Origin: Vitrella brassicaformis CCMP3155
Lineage: Eukaryota; Protista; Chromerida
Direction: 5' to 3'
NCBI GenBank assembly: GCA_001179505.1
Contig: CDMY01000930.1
Span: 1-10,182 of the forward strand
Length of the DNA stretch: 10,182 nucleotides
Shown: piece after piece, positions 7,717 through 10,182 of the stretch
Position numbering within the stretch: position 1 is the stretch's first letter
Layout: the number at the start of each line of letters is the position of its first letter
Notes under the pieces: generated by a model
What the model was told of the DNA's origin: nothing
Seen by the model: only the letters and a program-made list of their open reading frames with translations
Database searches by the model: none
Program-made: the position numbers and the translations under genes

Positions 7717-8416
7717 CTCTTGGAGGCGCGCGCACGACCCGTCGCACGGCAGCGTACAAGGACGTGAAGAAGCTGCTAGTGGACAAGTTCAGGAGGTGTT
7801 TGACCGAGCACTTCCCTCACTTACAAGGTGACCCCGGATACTAACAACGTCGTCCATGGATGCCTCACTAGATAGCTGTCTGTGTTCCTGAATGCCTGTC
7901 TTCCTGGCTGCGCTGCCTGCAGACAAGATCGTGAGCATTGAAGTGTCTACGCCATTGTCGATGCACCACTACCTTCAGCGTTTCTCCACCTACGGGCTCC
8001 GCCACACGCCCGAGCGCATAGCGAATCCGGTGCCGCGTGTGGGGACGGGCATAAGGAGGCTCTACCTCAGCGGACAGGACCTCATCACAGAAGGCTGGAT
8101 GGGTATGTATGTATGTAAACACACACGCACATTCAGGGCAACACACTTGGCTTGCTTCACGTGTGTGTGGTGTGGGTGGGTGGGTGGGTGGGTGGCTGGC
8201 ATCCCTCACTCAGCTGCCGTGTATTCGGGCATGGTTGCTGCCACGCACCTTCTCGGCTACACGCCTTGGGACCTCGTCAGCGGCCGTTTGTTCCTGGACG
8301 ACCTGGCCAAGATACCAAACCCGCCATCCATCGCACAGCTAGAGGAGGCAGCAGCGGCAGCGGCAGCGGTTGGCGGCGACAAGAAGGGGCAGGAGGGAGC
8401 GCGAGTGGGGGCTTAG
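5062..8416 (+). CDS. RETSAT: Retinol saturase-like (all-trans-retinol 13,14-reductase / phytoene dehydrogenase-CRTISO superfamily) FAD oxidoreductase, 12 exons, 653 aa
   Basis: Exons 5062-5413, 5536-5734, 5892-6039, 6170-6232, 6355-6604, 6755-6843, 6992-7168, 7311-7392, 7499-7606, 7717-7827, 7923-8102 and 8214-8416 sum to 1962 nt. All 11 introns are GT-YAG with matching phases. Motifs: YIVIGSGMGGL..AA.L...G..V.VLEQHYIAGGCCHTF..KG..FDTGIHYIG, HY..GA.FPVGG, FISFPSAKDP, STPLS..HYL, LYLSGQD. An N-terminal hydrophobic anchor is present, and an upstream in-frame TGA lies at 5002. Confidence 0.93.
5536..5734 (+). CDS. RETSAT: RetSat-like exon 2 (FDTGIHYIG)
   Basis: Acceptor CAG 5535; donor GTAAAC 5735, phase 2. 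Confidence 0.92.
5892..6039 (+). CDS. RETSAT: RetSat-like exon 3
   Basis: Acceptor TAG 5891; donor GTCCGT 6040, phase 0. Confidence 0.85.
6055..6082. repeat. (CCTA)7 microsatellite, RetSat intron 3
   Basis: Direct reading. Confidence 0.95.
6170..6232 (+). CDS. RETSAT: RetSat-like exon 4 (63 nt, WFWLRLLGSGALKWARKTTRQ)
   Basis: Acceptor CAG 6169; donor GTGCGT 6233. Symmetric phase 0 with flanking introns of 130 and 122 bp. Confidence 0.75.
6355..6604 (+). CDS. RETSAT: RetSat-like exon 5 (LSGQCVDWG...HHYMHGACFPVGG...AKVEKILV)
   Basis: Acceptor CAG 6354; donor GTACAC 6605, phase 1. Confidence 0.92.
6614..6637. repeat. (TACA)6 microsatellite, RetSat intron 5
   Basis: Direct reading. Confidence 0.95.
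6755..6843 (+). CDS. RETSAT: RetSat-like exon 6
   Basis: Acceptor TAG 6754; donor GTAGGG 6844, phase 0. Confidence 0.88.
6992..7168 (+). CDS. RETSAT: RetSat-like exon 7
   Basis: Acceptor CAG 6991; donor GTGAAG 7169, phase 0. Confidence 0.85.
7311..7392 (+). CDS. RETSAT: RetSat-like exon 8
   Basis: Acceptor TAG 7310; donor GTGAGC 7393, phase 1. Confidence 0.83.
7499..7606 (+). CDS. RETSAT: RetSat-like exon 9 (SFPSAKDP)
   Basis: Acceptor CAG 7498; donor GTAGGT 7607, phase 1. This exon is absent from the ORF track. Confidence 0.92.
7686..7713. repeat. (TG)14 microsatellite directly before the intron 9 acceptor
   Basis: Direct reading. Confidence 0.95.
7717..7827 (+). CDS. RETSAT: RetSat-like exon 10 (RRTAAYKDVK...FPHL)
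   Basis: Acceptor CAG 7716; donor GTGACC 7828, phase 1. Confidence 0.9.
7923..8102 (+). CDS. RETSAT: RetSat-like exon 11 (STPLSMHHYL...LYLSGQD)
   Basis: Acceptor CAG 7922; donor GTATGT 8103, phase 1. Confidence 0.92.
8173..8195 (+). repeat. (TGGG)5 microsatellite, RetSat intron 11
   Basis: Direct reading; GGG tracts at 8174, 8178, 8182, 8186 and 8190. Confidence 0.95.
8214..8416 (+). CDS. RETSAT: RetSat-like exon 12, with low-complexity poly-Ala tail
   Basis: Acceptor CAG 8213; stop TAG 8414-8416; EEAAAAAAAV encoded by GCA/GCG repeats. Confidence 0.88.
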
Positions 8417-10023
8417 CTTGATAGATGGGTAGGGGCGGGAGGTGGACTCGGGAGCTAGCTATGCATGTGTTTGTTCAAGCGTTCATGTACAATACACAGG
8501 GCTGTGTTCGTCGCGATCGATCGGCAAGTAGTTTTTAAACAAGATTTTGTCTCAAGTACGCGCATGCGTTTGCTTTGTGTTCATCTACGAGAGTGTCGAT
8601 AGAGGGAGGGGTGTTGGAGGAGCGGATTATCTTTTTGAAAAAGCGACGGCGTCTTTCGCTCGTAATTGTGTGCGGATGTACGTGGGAGCGTATCCTTCTT
8701 TGCTTTAAGTGGCATCCAGCGGTCCCTCGCAAACAGACAGGCAAGACACATGCATGCATGCATCCATTCCTGAATGGACGACATCCACCACACCATCATG
8801 ACCACGACCATTAAGAGAGTTCATGTCGAATCGTCTTACGCGTGCGTGTTGCTTCCATACCACCCATCCACCCATGCGCACAACTCACTGACCAGACCAG
8901 CCAAGCAAGCATACTACTCACCTCGCCCACACACACTCCTAGCTGCTACTGCACGTCTGTCTGCATGTCTACTGGTAGGTCCCATCCATCCATCCATATT
9001 CGATGCTTCGCAGTTACTCGTCGACGCACGCAGGAATGCAGGCAGTCAGGGGGACGGGCATGCATCACACTTCAATTCCTTTGTCTTCCAATCGACCAAG
9101 CACGGACACGCACGCACCAGCAGACGGACCGACAGACAGACACCTGATCATTCATGCATGAATGCATGCATGTAGCACGCACGTATGGCAGCGTCATGAT
9201 ATGATCGCTTGGAGAGAAGACGCCCGCAAGACGCGTTTAAAAACAGCACTCATTCACTTGCCAGCCACACGCCCACACACACAGCACACGCACGCAGACG
9301 GAGGGACAGTTAACACAACCAAGAAGGCAGGCAGGCAGCAAGCAACCGTACAACACGACACGACACACAGGCAGCCAGTCAGTCAGGCATGAGAATGTCT
9401 TATCTCTGGACGGGTCAGTGCGTAAGCTTGGTTGATTGACGGGACGAGCCGAGTGAGTAGCGAGACAGAGAGGCAGCCAGGGGCACCGGCCGTGTGCACA
9501 CATGCATGCAGTGACTGGCACATCCATCTATCACGCACGCACACACGCAGAGCCAGTGGGTGCATGAGCGCAGCGCGGACCCAGTTATTACTCACGATCG
9601 ATCGGCAGGTCGGAACCAACACAAAAACGAAAGACGGGAGACTAGAAAACCAGCCAAGACGGTCGAGCGATGAGGAACACAGTCGCGCCCGCGTACTCAC
9701 GCATCGACAGACACATCAAAAAGACACGACAAAACACATACACAACACACACACGGGCAAGACAGCCAGCCAGGAGGAAGGGGTGGGTGTGTGGGTGAGT
9801 GTGTCGTGAGCGTACGTGTGGTGGGTGGATGGGTGGGTGAGTGGGTACGGACCCACCTCTCTGTGTGTGTTCGGACGGACGAACCCAAAAAATCACTTCG
9901 ACCGAGTGACTCACTGACCTGTGTTGCGTACCTGTCCTACCATCATCCATCCATCCATCCACTCATGTATGTATCCGTGTATCCCTTGTGTGTGGCCTGC
10001 CTGGCCTGCTTGAAGGCACTTAT

Positions 10024-10065
10024 CGACCGACCGGCCAGCCAGCCGACCGACCGGCCAGCCAGCCG
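10024..10065. repeat. Perfect 20-bp tandem duplication (CGACCGACCGGCCAGCCAGC)x2.1
   Basis: 10024-10043 is identical to 10044-10063. Confidence 0.93.
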
Positions 10066-10182
10066 TTCCTTGCTTGCTCTGTGTGGAAAAAGATCACGCA
10101 ACGCTGATAGACGGTAGGTGGAGTGATTGGTGGTGCTTGCTGTGGTTAGTGGGATGAACGGACGTACAGTGTGTCTGTCTGC

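Noticed and set aside
8774-9175. ORF MDDIHHTIMTTT... as a new gene, with a possible donor near 8841
   Set aside because: There is no recognisable domain, the remainder is microsatellite translation, and I could not build a consistent exon chain.
8531-9244. GTTTTTAAAC / GTTTAAAAAC inverted pair as MITE termini
   Set aside because: The match is only 10 bp, does not extend, and has no target-site duplication.
9596-9700. Minus-strand spliced mini-exon between GTGAGT donors at 9700 and 9595
   Set aside because: The implied 59-bp intron is far shorter than the others here, the exon is not coding-like, and ACTCAC words are frequent in local microsatellites.

Overview
This is eukaryotic, intron-rich, GC-rich genomic DNA. 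The ~95-157 bp GT-AG introns full of GT/CATG/GGAT microsatellites resemble a chromerid alveolate such as Vitrella (inference only). (1) Bases 1-~3937 are a ~58-60 bp tandem satellite of roughly 60 monomers. It contains an inverted block (2520-3818) with a fold-back junction and a 179-bp foreign insertion (969-1147) flanked by a 15-bp duplication. All long ORFs in this part are repeat artefacts. (2) A spliced minus-strand REI1/ZNF622-like pre-60S factor gene (4832 to ~3939), not visible as a unit in the ORF track, runs into the satellite right after the conserved SFFIPDxEY motif. Either the satellite fills a giant intron or the gene is truncated/fused. (3) 229 bp away and divergently oriented is a complete 12-exon, 653-aa retinol saturase-like FAD oxidoreductase gene (5062-8416, +). 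(4) Bases 8417-10182 are microsatellite-rich with no recognisable coding sequence.
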